From positions 10,527,972 to 10,590,526 of the forward strand of contig NC_068986.1 in NCBI RefSeq assembly GCF_001194135.2: 62,555 nucleotides of DNA, given 5' to 3'. Numbering within the stretch: the stretch's first letter is position 1; each line of letters begins with the position of its first letter. The position numbers and the translations under genes were made by a program. Under the pieces are notes generated by a model. That model ran no database searches, was not told where the DNA came from, and worked only from the letters and a program-made list of their open reading frames with translations. The DNA comes from Octopus bimaculoides (Eukaryota). Below are positions 1 through 13,210 of the stretch, piece by piece.

Positions 1-24
1 TATATATATATATATATATATGAA

Positions 25-295
25 ATATATAGTTTTAGGGAAAATAACCAAGTTTCAAGAACTCACTGATGAAAATCCACTATCACATATAGAAAAATTA
101 ATATTTAAAAGCACAATAAATGAGTATAATATAAAGTAAAGTAAATATCATAAGATAAATATATTTTCCCTAAAACTATATATTTTATATATATTTTATC
201 TATAAAGCTCAATTTAATTTTAATTTTTTATAAGTTGATTTTAATTGAGTTTTTACCTGTAATTTGGATTTTGTCCCTAATATTATTATATATAT
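25..295. repeat. AT-rich interspersed repeat with internal inverted repeat; near-identical copy at about 45265-45545
   Basis: ATATAGTTTTAGGGAAAAT / ATTTTCCCTAAAACTATAT inverted pair; the two copies are collinear and nearly identical by eye. Confidence 0.8.
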
Positions 296-737
296 GTATA
301 TACATTTATATGGAGTCAAGTTGTTTAGTGGTTAGGGTGTTGCACTCATGATTGTAAGATTGTGGTTTCCATTCCTGGACCAGGCATTGCAAAACACTTC
401 ATTTCAAGTTGCTCGAGTTCTCTCAGCTGGCAGAAATGAGTTAATCCTGCGACAGACTGGCATCCCATCCGGGTGAGTTATCTGTATGCCATGGAAACCA
501 GAAAACCGGCCCATATGAGACCGCATGACTGGAGGGGGGAGGAAGGAAAGAAGGAATATACAGTTATGTATGAATATCCATACAAACATAACATTTACGT
601 ATATCATACTGAACAAGATAGGTATTTAGATGTTACACGCCAGTCAATATGACAGATGTATATATGTATGTATATATATTTATATATATATGTATATATA
701 TTTATGTGCATATATATATGTATGTGTATATACATAT

Positions 738-770
<33 letters not shown>

Positions 771-1529
771 NNNNNNNNNNNNNNNNNNNNNNNNNNNNNN
801 NNNNNNNNNNNNNNNNNNNNNNNNNNNNNNNNNNNNNNNNNNNNNNNNNNNNNNNNNNNNNNNNNNNNNNNNNNNNNNNNNNNNNNNNNNNNNNNNNNNN
901 NNNNNNNNNNNNNNNNNNNNNNNNNNNNNNNNNNNNNNNNNNNNNNNNNNNNNNNNNNNNNNNNNNNNNNNNNNNNNNNNNNNNNNNNNNNNNNNNNNNN
1001 NNNNNNNNNNNNNNNNNNNNNNNNNNNNNNNNNNNNNNNNNNNNNNNNNNNNNNNNNNNNNNNNNNNNNNNNNNNNNNNNNNNNNNNNNNNNNNNNNNNN
1101 NNNNNNNNNNNNNNNNNNNNNNNNNNNNNNNNNNNNNNNNNNNNNNNNNNNNNNNNNNNNNNNNNNNNNNNNNNNNNNNNNNNNNNNNNNNNNNNNNNNN
1201 NNNNNNNNNNNNNNNNNNNNNNNNNNNNNNNNNNNNNNNNNNNNNNNNNNNNNNNNNNNNNNNNNNNNNNNNNNNNNNNNNNNNNNNNNNNNNNNNNNNN
1301 NNNNNNNNNNNNNNNNNNNNNNNNNNNNNNNNNNNNNNNNNNNNNNNNNNNNNNNNNNNNNNNNNNNNNNNNNNNNNNNNNNNNNNNNNNNNNNNNNNNN
1401 NNNNNNNNNNNNNNNNNNNNNNNNNNNNNNNNNNNNNNNNNNNNNNNNNNNNNNNNNNNNNNNNNNNNNNNNNNNNNNNNNNNNNNNNNNNNNNNNNNNN
1501 NNNNNNNNNNNNNNNNNNNNNNNNNNNNN

Positions 1530-1581
<52 letters not shown>

Positions 1582-1619
1582 GCATACATGTGTGTGTGTG
1601 TGTGTGCATGTGTGTATGT

Positions 1620-1935
1620 ATGTATGTTCTCTTTTATTTTTAATTATCTGAAGTCATCCTGTAAGGAAAGAATCTGGTTTCTAACAAAGATACAAAGCTC
1701 TGTTGTTAGAATGTAGGTAACAATAACAATGTCACATTTTAAACTTGACAAATGTTTTGCATATTCTTACTGTTCCGCTTACAGAATATATTTGTAATGT
1801 GCAGATTAACTGGTTGATTTCTTTTTCTGAAAACCCTCGTTAATACAGATTGTCATTTAGGCATTTACTCACAAAACCAAGTACGCCAGTTATAATTAGT
1901 ATAAATGTAAATTTATAATCGGGTTACAGAAACCG
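1620..1935. repeat. Interspersed repeat with a diverged copy at about 3630-3950
   Basis: Shared blocks GGTTTCTAACAAAGATACAA, TTAAACTT, CTGAAAACC, TAGGCATTTACTCACAAAACCAA in the same order. Confidence 0.75.
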
Positions 1936-2208
1936 CAAATTGTCTATAGTTATTCACTTTCTCTTTGATTTCCGAAGAAATATTCACATCAGCGGGGCAG
2001 CTGATCTCTGTGATGATACATACATTTTCTTATCTGTCCCAAGCATCAATAATCAATATGTTATGTATGCACTAATTAAACAAGTACAGATTCAAGCCAT
2101 CACTAGAACTGTCAAAATATGTAAAACTTTCCAAATGTTTAGCATTTAAGCACATTTGTACATGTCTAAGGACATACAAATCTGCACGTGCACTAATTCC
2201 AGATATTT

Positions 2209-2690
2209 GCGGGCGACACATGAAATCTTTCGAGCAGGATCGTTGCCGGTGCCCCCGGACTGGCTCATGTGCGGGCAACACATGAAATCTTTCGAGCGGG
2301 ATCGTTGCCGGTGCCCCTGGATTGGCTCATGTGCGGGCGACACATGAAATCTTCCGAGCGGGATCGTTGCCGGTGCCCCTGGGCTGGCTCTTGTGCGGNN
2401 NNNNNNNNNNNNNNNNNNNNNNNNNNNNNNNNNNNNNNNNNNNNNNNNNNNNNNNNNNNNNNNNNNNNNNNNNNNNNNNNNNNNNNNNNNNNNNNNNNNN
2501 NNNNNNNNNNNNNNNNNNNNNNNNNTGTAAAACTTTCCAAATGTTTAGCATTTAAGCACATTTGTACATGTCTAAGGACATACAAATCTGCACGTGCACT
2601 AATTCCAGATATTTGCGGGCGACACATGAAATCTTTCGAGCAGGATCGTTGCCGGTGCCCCTGGGCTGGCTCTTGTGCGGGTGACACATG
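2209..2690 (+). repeat. 62-bp tandem repeat derived from the family D body, interrupted by a gap
   Basis: Units GCGGGCGACACATGAAATCTTTCGAGC...GGCTCATGT start at 2209, 2271, 2333 and 2395 (cut by the gap), with a further unit after the gap. Confidence 0.85.
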
Positions 2691-5506
2691 AGGTTTCTCA
2701 AGCGAGATGAGCGTGGCCGTTGCCAGTACCGCCTGACTGGCCTTCGTGTGGGTGGCACGTAAAAGCACCCACTACACTCTCTGAGTGGTTGGCGTTAGGA
2801 AGGGCATCCAGCCGTAGAAACTCTGCCAAATCAGATTGGAGCCTGGTGTAGCCATCTGGTTTCACCAGTCCTCAGTCAAATCGTCCAACCCATGCTAGCA
2901 TGGAAAGCGGACGTTAAACGACGACGACGACGACAGTCCTACTTATGTTGTTGAAATTGCAATGAGGGAGCCTTGCATCTAGGTTAGCTATTATCATTAT
3001 TATTATATTATATATATATATATAATATTATTATTTAGTTTTTATTTTTAGATTTCTGTCAAAGAGTTAGTTTCTAACCTATATCCAAGGCTCCCTCATT
3101 TGTATGTCCTTAGACATGTACAAATGTGCTTAAATGCTAAACATTTGGAAAGTTTTACTTATTTTGACAGTTCTAGTGATGGCTTATCTCTGTACACTTT
3201 TAATTAGTTTCTTGTTTCTGGTTTTGAGAACTCTTAATTTCTCACAATTAGTACAGAGGCAGTTTGTTACATATCGTATGTATGTATGTGTGTGTGTGTG
3301 TGTCTGTGTGTGTGTATGTATGTCAAAGGACAGATGGACTCAGTAGAGTCAACAGCCACCCAACAGCTGGGAGTGAGAGACCCTTAGTCTTTGTTTAGAC
3401 CATTTCTCTTGGAGAAGGAGATTCTGAAATAATTCCTGCCTCATTACGAAGCCAGAGATCTTGCTTTTGCTTAGGTGAAAGTCTTAGTGGTGTTGTGCAA
3501 GCTGTTATTGACTTTAGATTTCATCACAGGCATTACTGACAGCCATTCACTTTAACATCTACAGTAAGTTTAATTCCTGAGTGATGGTCATACTCGCCTG
3601 CAAGTCAGTAGTCAACATGTATGTATGCATGTATCAATGTATGTTAGCTTCTGTTTTTAATTATTTAAATTCTTCCCCTTAGGGAGGAGCTGGTTTCTAA
3701 CAAAGATACAAAGTTTTATCATTGGAATGTAGATAACAAAAACGTCATATTTTAAACTTAACAAAAGTCTTGCATATTTTCACTGTTCCACTTACAGATT
3801 GTATTTGTAATGTGTGAGTTAATCGGTTGATTTCTTTCTCTGAAAACCTTAGCTTATCCAGATTATTACTTAGGCATTTACTCACAAAACCAAATACACA
3901 GATTATCATTGGTATAAATGTGAAATTTATAATCTGGATATAGAAGCTGGAGGTTTCATATGTAAAAGAGAGAACTTTTTCAAAAGCTTTTAGATCTTCA
4001 AATGTTTGGAGAGTTTATATTTGATTTAAGCCTTTGTTTATTGTCCTTTCTGTCTGCTGCCGTGAATTCGTGTCAAAATGTTTGATTATTTACCAACTGG
4101 TATTTTTCACTGCACCAATTAAAACCATTGAAAACCATTGTATTGTTCCAAAGTTCACTCCCGTCTGGTGGTTGGTTGCATCAAACTCGGAGTGACAGAC
4201 TGTGAGGTTTTTCAGCTTTTCAACACCATATTTTTCTCTACCTTTCGTATTCGAGTATTATTTTTCTCCACCTTGTTTTTTCACCTATATGCTCACCTGT
4301 GTGTGCGTATCTGAGTGTGTGTGTGTATCTGTGTATGTATGTGTGTGTGTGTGAGTGTGTGTGCGTGCGTGCATGCGTGTGTGTGAGCATGTGTTTTATG
4401 GACGTTGGCATGTAACTTTCGGGATTGAAAATCATTCTCTACACCTGTTCTTCAAAGCAACTATCTTATTATTCCACCCATTTGATTCTCTTTCTGTGGG
4501 TATCAGCTCCCTGGGTTTAACCATTAAATAATATGAACAGGTGCTAATGGCACTAAAAGGAGGAAATATCACAGAGCTTTTTCGTGATGCTACATTTACT
4601 GAGGAACATAAATTATAACTTTTTTTTTTCTTTTTTTATAAATGAATAAATGTTGAAGATTTTTTTTTTATTTTTTTGTTTCTTGTTACCCTATTTCTAA
4701 TTAAATAATATGGCTCATATTATTATTGTTTAGATTTAAATAAATAAAATAAAGACAGGCTATAGTTGTGATGTCTGGCCTCGGGATGAACATGACTATT
4801 TTGAGTCCTAGGACTCAAAAGGCTGGTTTCTCAGTTTCTATGGCTTATAAGTGACTGAGATCACATTTTTCCCTAGATGAGATGCCAGTCACTGACACAG
4901 TTACTCACCTATGGCTGAATGAACTGGAACAATGTGAAATGAAGTGTTTTGCTCAAGAACACAGTCTGGGAATCGAATTCATGATCTTGTAATCATGACT
5001 GCAACACCCTAACCACTTAGACATATGCCTTCACAGCCTGAGAATGGATTGGGGAAAAGGGAATTTATAATATATTGCTTCACGTTCAACACATACTGTC
5101 TGTTAATACCTTGTCGGATAATAAAAGGATGAAGGGAAACCATGTTAGGTTGAACTTTTGGCACTGATAACTATTCTCTTGTTGGTTCAATCATAAATAA
5201 ATGAATGGTTTCTCATAGAATCAGGACTTCAAATTAGTAAAACGTTGGTATAAGTGAATCTAAAATGGTAATTTATTCTATTTAACAAATCAAAAAACGT
5301 CTCATAAATTTTTGGTCTGTAAGCCATTTGGTATATTTTATCATCTACAAAATAAGAATGGAATATATCTAAGACTATGGGAGAAAGAAATTCAATATCT
5401 TTAAGGTTCTAATGTTCCATCACCACCCACCCCGCATCATAAATAATATAACAACGCTGTGTTTTTATTGTTTAATGGTTCCGTTTTCTTTTTCTTCCTG
5501 TTTTAG

Positions 5507-6426
5507 GTGCCACTCTTGTCGATACAGATTTGTCCACGGCTGAAAGATCAACGAAAAATGAAGTAGAACCAGAAAAAACTAACTTGAGCCATTTGTGCCT
5601 GAAATATGAAGCTCGTTGCATGCCAGACGGGATTCGATCGTTTCTCCCCAAAAGCCCTATCATTAAGAAAGTTGATCAGCGCCTGTTGGTGGGACGCAGT
5701 AAGAATGCAGACGTTTTCCTCAACGACCAATGCATGTCGAGGAATTACATTGAAATATGGGCGGCAAGCAACGACTCCCAAACATACTTTTTGAAGAACG
5801 TTAGCCAAAGTAAGTCTGTTCAAATAGACGGCATTTCGCTTCGGTATGGAGAACTTGGAGTACTCAGGGATAAATGCGAATTAGTCCTTGACTACATTAC
5901 TTTCGCTGTCAGCGTGAAACCAGGAGATGAAGATGGTGAGTATTATATACTGAGTACGGAGTGCTGTGATGACATCGGTAACAGACACGATATTTATACG
6001 ATTCGGGGAGATTTACTCCCAACTCAAGAGCTGTTCACCGGTTTCACATTGATCCCAGGTTATCCAATCTCTTGTAAAAGTGGTATGTCGTTTAAATTGG
6101 TAAACGGAAAGAACCCTATGTCTACCAGCCAGAACGGTCAGATTCTTGGCCAATTCCCGTCCATTTCTCCGAAATCTTCATTCGTTCCAAACAACACGGT
6201 TAGTGTTGGCTCATTGACTTCGCGAGTTGAGTCTAGTCAAGTTTACAACTTTACCGCCCCGATTCTGTCTGCGTCGAGTCCAGAGGAACTTTATCATATT
6301 CGTCATCCTGAAGAACATTCTATGTCTCAGGAAAAAGTTAAGCGTTTTCCTTCTGAAGGATTAGATATTCCAATGAACAAAGGCAAAGGACAAATTGATT
6401 ATTACAAAAATACTGAACATTATTAA
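5507..6426 (+). CDS. Terminal coding exon of an FHA-domain protein, TIFA-like (TRAF-interacting protein with FHA domain); upstream exon(s) not located
   Basis: Polypyrimidine tract + AG at 5505-5506; frame open from 5476 to TAA at 6424-6426. FHA signature VGRSKNADVFLNDQCMSRNY...LKNVSQSKSVQIDG resembles TIFA (FGRN...VSRVQ...IKNMSKK). N-terminal VDTD acidic Thr; C-terminal PSEGLD (PxExxD) and PTQE/SPEE motifs; AATAAA at 6613-6618. FHA call is firmer than the TIFA orthology. Confidence 0.75.
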
Positions 6427-6482
6427 AAAAAAACACATTTTAAATGAATTTTTAACAAAAAGTTTATTTCAGTTCTTATTCT

Positions 6483-6484
<2 letters not shown>

Positions 6485-6575
<91 letters not shown>
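6485..6575. repeat. (CT)n microsatellite in the putative 3' UTR of the FHA gene
   Basis: About 45 CT units between the stop at 6426 and AATAAA at 6613. Confidence 0.95.
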
Positions 6576-6581
<6 letters not shown>

Positions 6582-6871
6582 TCTTCTTTTTATTTCTCTT
6601 TTCCTGTTTATAAATAAAAAAGAAACAATCTATATACCTATTTATCTATTTAGCCACCTAACTACATATTAATCGATATATCAAACTATCTACCACAATT
6701 TCATATTTGTAAATTTCTTTCTTTCAATTTGTATATCTTCTCTTATCGCTCTGTATATATATCGATCTATTTATCTATTGATCCTGTAAAATTTTGAAGA
6801 GTTTGGGTTCTAAAATAAAATCAACTTTCTGAAGATTTATGTCTGCTCTTGTAATTCCATTTACGTCTTGG

Positions 6872-6903
<32 letters not shown>

Positions 6904-7854
6904 AGTTTAACATCCGCTTTCCATGCTGGCATGAGTTGTGAATATTAAATTCAGCCCAAGTACATGACTGGTATTTTATTTTCCCCACCCTAAAATGATG
7001 AAAGTGTCAGAAATTGTAGTCTGTAAGCCAAAAATGGCTCACAGACTAGAAGTCCGTGAGTCATTTTGACACGTTAAACAAAACACATGACCATCTTAGA
7101 TTCGCAACCGTCACGTGTTATTTTGGCCAATGAGAAACTAATATGCTGAACTTTTGGTGGGGTTATATTAAGCAAGTTGAAAATCTTTTTGCTCACTTGA
7201 CTCATTCGCTTTGGTACAAATCTCACTCTCTTTCTCGCACCAACAGCCATAGCTACGCATTCTTTCACACTCTATAACCCCTCTCTCTCTTCTCTCTCAC
7301 TCTCTCTCTAAGTTTCTTCTTTATTAGGCTGGCAGTAAATTTTTTCCTCAAATTTTAACCTCTGCAGAATAATTTCCACCAGTTTAAAAGCAGATACGTT
7401 ACCTATTTTCCCAGTTGACTATTGTCTGATTTCATATATCTGATTCTACAATACAATAAATTCCATGAACATATAAAAAGTTTCTACACACATTATCCAA
7501 ACGGCGTTTTGCAAATTCAAAGACACGTGCACGCACACATCTGACACTCCATCAATTATGACAACAAGGGTTCCAGGTGATACGATCAACCGAACAGACT
7601 GTTCATGAAATTAACATGCAAGTGGCTGAGCACTCCACAGACACGCATACCCTTAATGTAATGCTCGGGTAGATTCAGTGGGACACAGAATGTGACATGG
7701 CTGGCCCCATTGAATTACAGATACAACTCATTTTTACCCATAAAGTGGACTGTGGTAATGTGAAATAAAGTGTCTTGTTCAAGGACACAACGCACCGCGC
7801 TGGGAATTGAACTCATGACCTTATGATTGGCAGCCAAATACCCTAACCACTAAG

Positions 7855-8130
7855 TCTTCACTACACACACACAGACGCCTTCACTACACACACACATGCA
7901 CACGTGCGTACGCACATGTCTTCACTATACATGTGCGCACGCCTTCACACACACTCCTTCACTACACACACACACACACACATACTCCTTCACTACACAC
8001 ACATACACTCTCTTTCACTACATACACACATGCACACACACTCCACTACACACACATCTTCACTACACACACACACGCCTTCACTACACACACATGCGCA
8101 CACGCCTTCAATACACACACACACACATTT
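7855..8130. repeat. (CA)n-based minisatellite with recurring CTTCACTACAC unit
   Basis: Directly visible; source of HT-rich pseudo-ORFs. Confidence 0.9.
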
Positions 8131-11100
8131 ATACATTTTCCTTGGTGCACTGAAAACTAGCTGGCTGAGAATCTGCCTAGGGTTAAACTAGTAGTAACAT
8201 TTATCTTCCACTTTGATGTAGCTACTCACTTTACTGACTTAAAATAGATTTTCACAAATATATTTATATAAACTTTTCAATGGTTGACATTGTAAATGAT
8301 ATAATATAATTTTCACTGAGGAATTTTTCATGTTATCTTCTACACTTGAATTCTGTCCTACATTAACTTCTCACAAGCTGTGAATACAGTAATAATTTAT
8401 AACTGCATTATTCTTCCAATAAAGGCAGCAAGCTAGCAGAATCATTAGAGTTCAGCAAAAAATGCCTTATGGCATGTGTTCTTGCACCTTACTGAGTTCA
8501 AAGTCATTGTTTTTCCTCATTCCAGGGACAGTAATATGAGGCACTAATCCAATATTGAGGTCGATGTAATTGACTAATTCCCTCCCATCATAAAGAGCTG
8601 CTTTAGTGCTTAATTCAAAAACCATTATTCTACCAAGAAAATCAGAAAAGACCCTTTTTTTTTGTGTTATTTAGGGGAAAATAGAATTCATACTTTTTTT
8701 TATTTTTAGGAAGAATCTTTTAATTTCTTACAAGAAGTAACTTTGACTTTTGAACAAACTTTCCATGCTTCTGGTTTGAGAGTTATGAATAAACCTACCG
8801 TTTGAGATCTGAAAACTTTTAGACAGAGAATCTTTTATTAGAATTACAGTTTTCTGATTGGGAAACACAGTGTATGTTTATTGTTTCACCTCAGCGAGAA
8901 ATAGCTCAAACCAACAATAACTAACCAAGCAGAAAGTTGACCAAATCAGCAGGACAACAGCTGTGCCACCATCTCTTGCTCCAGGTGGCTCAAAAACTGA
9001 GAATATGACAAATATGGAATAACTATCTCTCAACATTCTTCGAGCAAAACCGAGAAACACCAAAATCAGTAAGTAATTCCTTACGCAAACAAACAATGTT
9101 TCGGTTAGTTTTTCTAGAAATGGTTTATTTTTATTTGAATTGTAGTTAATCATTTCAACACATTAACATTTTTTAATCATGTGTATTCCTAGTCGACCAA
9201 CCATCAACAAATTTTCTTTACAGTTTCTTTTCTCAAATGTAGTCATTGTGCACTCAGTCTTGATTTGTTTTACACATGCACATACACATTTGCATGAATA
9301 TAGATGCAATGAACATGACGACTTAATTTTACAGCTGAATATCAGAACTTTTGCAGTCTACAGTTTCCACTTTTACTCTCTAATTTAACATTTATTTAAA
9401 GCGTGTAATAGCATGAAAGCAACCCATACTAATATTGTCTATTTTACTTTCTACTGACATAATTGGATGAAAACTCACGCAGCATGCAGTTTCTACAGAC
9501 TCGCTTATATAAAAAGAATCTTACAGAACCACTTCCATTGAACATTCGCTTGCCGCCCAAGATGCAGATCTCATTTTCAGCTAGTACACACAAACAAGCC
9601 TACCATCCATAATTATGCACGCCTCTTTAGATTCTCGTTCTCACCATAAGCGACTCCCTATATTTATTTTTTCATTCCTCTAAGGTTTGTAATTTTGCAT
9701 TTTCATTCAGTTTTCTATACCTGCTGTACCCCTAATGATTAGCCCCTATTGATTGCTGTTTTCCCAGCAATCTAGAAAAAATCTTATGTAGCAACGTCAT
9801 TTTAGTTTCACTATTGTCACGTATGTTATTTTGACCAATCAAGAATTTTGGCTCCCAACAAAGTTGTCTGTGTTAACAAAAGAAGTGTTTGCTTTCTTTT
9901 AATATTCTGGTGGCAAGTCCAATTGTAAGAGAAAAAGTGTGACATACTCGACAAAACAGACACGTGATGGCCATCAGAAATGAAAAAAAAAAAAACAGTG
10001 AATAGGTTAAAAGGTAGGACAGGAAATGAATGAGAGAAGAAAGTCACGGTAAATGAGAGATACATGAAGTGAAGAAGAAAGGCCATGAAAGAAGAATTTC
10101 AACTCCCTGGGGCATAAAAATACATCTATATTTCTTCCAGTTTCTCTACCCACTCCTCCCCGATCCCCGTCATTTACTTCCCCTCAATTCATTGCTTTCT
10201 TGTTTGTTTTTCTCTATATTCACGTCACTGGTTACCTCNNNNNNNNNNNNNNNNNNNNNNNNNNNNNNNNNNNNNNNNNNNNNNNNNNNNNNNNNNNNNN
10301 NNNNNNNNNNNNNNNNNNNNNNNNNNNNNNNNNNNNNNNNNNNNNNNNNNNNNNNNNNNNNNNNNNNNNNNNNNNNNNNNNNNNNNNNNNNNNNNNNNNN
10401 NNNNNNNNNNNNNNNNNNNNNNNNNNNNNNNNNNNNNNNNNNNNNNNNNNNNNNNNNNNNNNNNNNNNNNNNNNNNNNNNNNNNNNNNNNNNNNNNNNNN
10501 NNNNNNNNNNNNNNNNNNNNNNNNNNNNNNNGTACTTAATTCATCAACCCTGAAAGGATGAAAGGTAAAGTCGACCTCGGCGAAATTTGAACTCAGAACA
10601 TAAAGACAGACGAAATACCACTAAGCATTTTGCCGGGCGTGCTAACGTTTCTTATTTCTTTACTGCCCACAAGGGGCTACACACAGAAGGCACAAACAAG
10701 GACAGACAAACAGATTAAGTCGATTACATCAACCCCAGTGCGTAACTGGTACTTATTTAATCGACCCCGAAAGGATGAAAGGCAAAGTCGACCTCGGCGG
10801 AATTTGAACTCAGAACGTAGCGGCAGACGAAATACCGCTAAGTATGTCGCCCGGCATGCTAACATTTCTGCCAACTCACCGCCTTTAACGAACCAAATAT
10901 TTCAACAAACAATTATACAGTGTTGCTAATTAGTCATGAAACAGAGAGTTAGGTTCATTAGTTTGACATTCAATGTGTGGAAAAGAAAATATAACTGTTT
11001 GCCAATGAACAAATATGGCCTGTTACAATTTGAATGCCACAAAAAATTTTATGTGTTCATGTTTAATCATTTTTTCAAAGAAATTGCTGGAGACCGTATT

Positions 11101-11229
11101 TATCTTCGCGAAAATATATCTAATTTTTGTTTAGTTTTTCTTTTCTTTATGGTTTCCTTTTGCGATGGTCTTGGAACGACTTTTGTTGTAAGATTGATAC
11201 TTCAACTTTTCGTCCATCCTGCTATTTTT

Positions 11230-11720
11230 TCTCCCCTCCCCCATTATTCCTGGGAAAGTCGTGTGAGTAGAGTCCTCAAGAGCCTCTTTCATAGGATCCT
11301 ATCAGAAGCAACCATCGATTACACTTTCCTGATGGCTTCCCAAGTATGACCAACTGAGACTCTGATTATTATCCAACCATCTCACTCTTCGTCTACTCCT
11401 AAGTTTCGTCTTCCGGTTGGTTCGACTTGAAGAATCCGGCTTGTGATTCTTTCCAGTAGCATTCTAATCACATGGCCGTAGTACTGAAACTTCAATCTCC
11501 TGATGCGGAGAAGTAACAGCTTGACCTGCAGAGACTCCTTCCTCTCCAAGCTATGCACTCTTTCAAATAACGTTGCTCCAGAGATCTATCAAAGAAAACC
11601 CATTTCGACTGCTTCTATTCACGATTGAACTCTTAATCCAACATTGATGACCATAAGCATGTGATTTGTCAGTTCCCAATGTCAAAAATCCTTATTTGTG
11701 AAACGACCAGAGTCTTAGCT
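11230..11720 (-). mobile_element. Degenerate RTE LINE 3' ORF fragment
   Basis: Minus-strand LRIRRLKFQYYGHVIRM...GRR...RVRWLDN with stops and frameshifts; limits approximate. Confidence 0.75.
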
Positions 11721-11722
11721 AG

Positions 11723-11757
<35 letters not shown>

Positions 11758-12769
11758 TCGTTTTTTTTTTTTTTTTGCGAATCCTGCACTAATAGAATTC
11801 AATACTTCAAATCAATTGTCAGAGATGTCCATATGTTATATCAATAAATTCTATTACACACCCAGGAAAACTCTATTGGTTAGAGTCACAATGTGTAACT
11901 GGTGACGAGATGTGTGCTGCTGATCATTCAGCTCGTTGTCGGATATTCCTGTCAATTCACCCACATGTACTTCTGATTTTAATGCTTTTTAAGGAGTCAC
12001 TTCTGATTGAAGTGAGTCAGTGGTTCACACCATATCACTATCGTCGGTAATATTTTCCTAAGACACAGAGAGAGAGAGAGAGAGAGTTACTCACTCTTCC
12101 ACGCATCTATTCCTAGATGCTATCGGAACCATGATATAAGTACGGTCACATTAACAACCAATAGGTTTAATTTGTATTCATCAATGAATGTTTTTGAACA
12201 TAAACTTTAACTTTGAACCTGACTAACTACCCTCAAGATGTCCTACTATAATTCATTGTTCTGGATAGCAATAGTTCTTTATAGTTGACAAGGGATTTGT
12301 CAGTTTACACTGTCAAGTTTCGATTCCTTCCGTAGGCCAAATCTATTTGAAATGAACGAATGTGTTATTCATGAAGAGATTTATACATCATCTGCTTAAA
12401 CACGACGGAAACCAGAGATTAACATTAATCCTAATAGTGTTTTTGATTCGGATAAGACTTAGTTTTTTGTCTTTTTTTGTGGGGTATTTGTAATTGTGGA
12501 GCTATTGATTATGGAAAATAGCGGCTGGTTAAACTACTTATGTTCTTACTAGCAAGACCAAACTCATCAGCACAATCTATTCTTATCGAACACGTTGAGA
12601 GAGCGTGCCTGATTGAAGTAAGATTAATTTAAGTGACACATTATATTGAACCAATAAACTTATAAGCGTTAATCTAGCAATGTGTGACAAAATATGAAAG
12701 GAATTGTTGTATACAGTGCTCAGGTGCACTACAGCTAAGAAGAAAAAAAGCCACCAGGTGTACCATTGG

Positions 12770-13210
12770 CAGATTTCAGGAAGCATGGAAGTTGTGAAGG
12801 ATGTGGTGTCTCGACAGCTAACAACTGATGCGGATAGTTTACTCCACGCTTCAACAATTCTGAGCGTGAAAAAATGTTTCCGAAAGTCATGGGTGCTGTG
12901 TTGTTTTTGATTTTGTGAGCATGTCCAAGAGTGTTTGACATATGGAATTGATAAAAGTGCCCAAGGTTGTTGTTGGAAAGATGGTGGATAATCTTGTGGG
13001 TGTCTACCAAATCAGTCGCCAGACGTCTGAGCTTTAATGTGTCCATGCCCAGGGAAGCAAGACGTTCAGTAATGGTAGATGCATGACAGCGGGTTTTCAT
13101 TTTGTTTCACGTTTCTGAACAGTTCCCAGGAGATTTATATACTGAGCAAGATAGGAGTTTCAGACTGGTGATGCAAATTCTAAGTGTGGACGTATCGTTG
13201 TCATATACAA
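12770..13210 (-). mobile_element. Degenerate CR1/L2-type LINE 3' fragment
   Basis: IRPHLEFASPV...VQKRETK, ERLASLGMDTLKLRRLATDL, GHAHKI, then frameshifted RKHFFTLRIVEAWSKL. Confidence 0.8.

Noticed and set aside
60-100. CTGATGA...GAAA in the AT-rich repeat
   Set aside because: No helix II or NUH site can be formed; not counted as a hammerhead
630-1716. Long supplied ORFs (also 13979-14857, 15202-16275, 20219-20895, 24141-25104, 34404-35093, 47242-47649)
   Set aside because: They are open only because they run through N gaps flanked by TA/TG microsatellites
2209-2398. 62-bp repeats as a CRISPR-like array
   Set aside because: Head-to-tail units with no unique spacers, eukaryotic context and no cas genes
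4541-4618. Short + ORF VLMALKGGNITELFRDATFTEEHKL* followed by AATAAA, plus open minus-strand stretches at 4020-4600
   Set aside because: Weak acceptor and no recognisable homology; may be a decayed retroelement, but I cannot assign it
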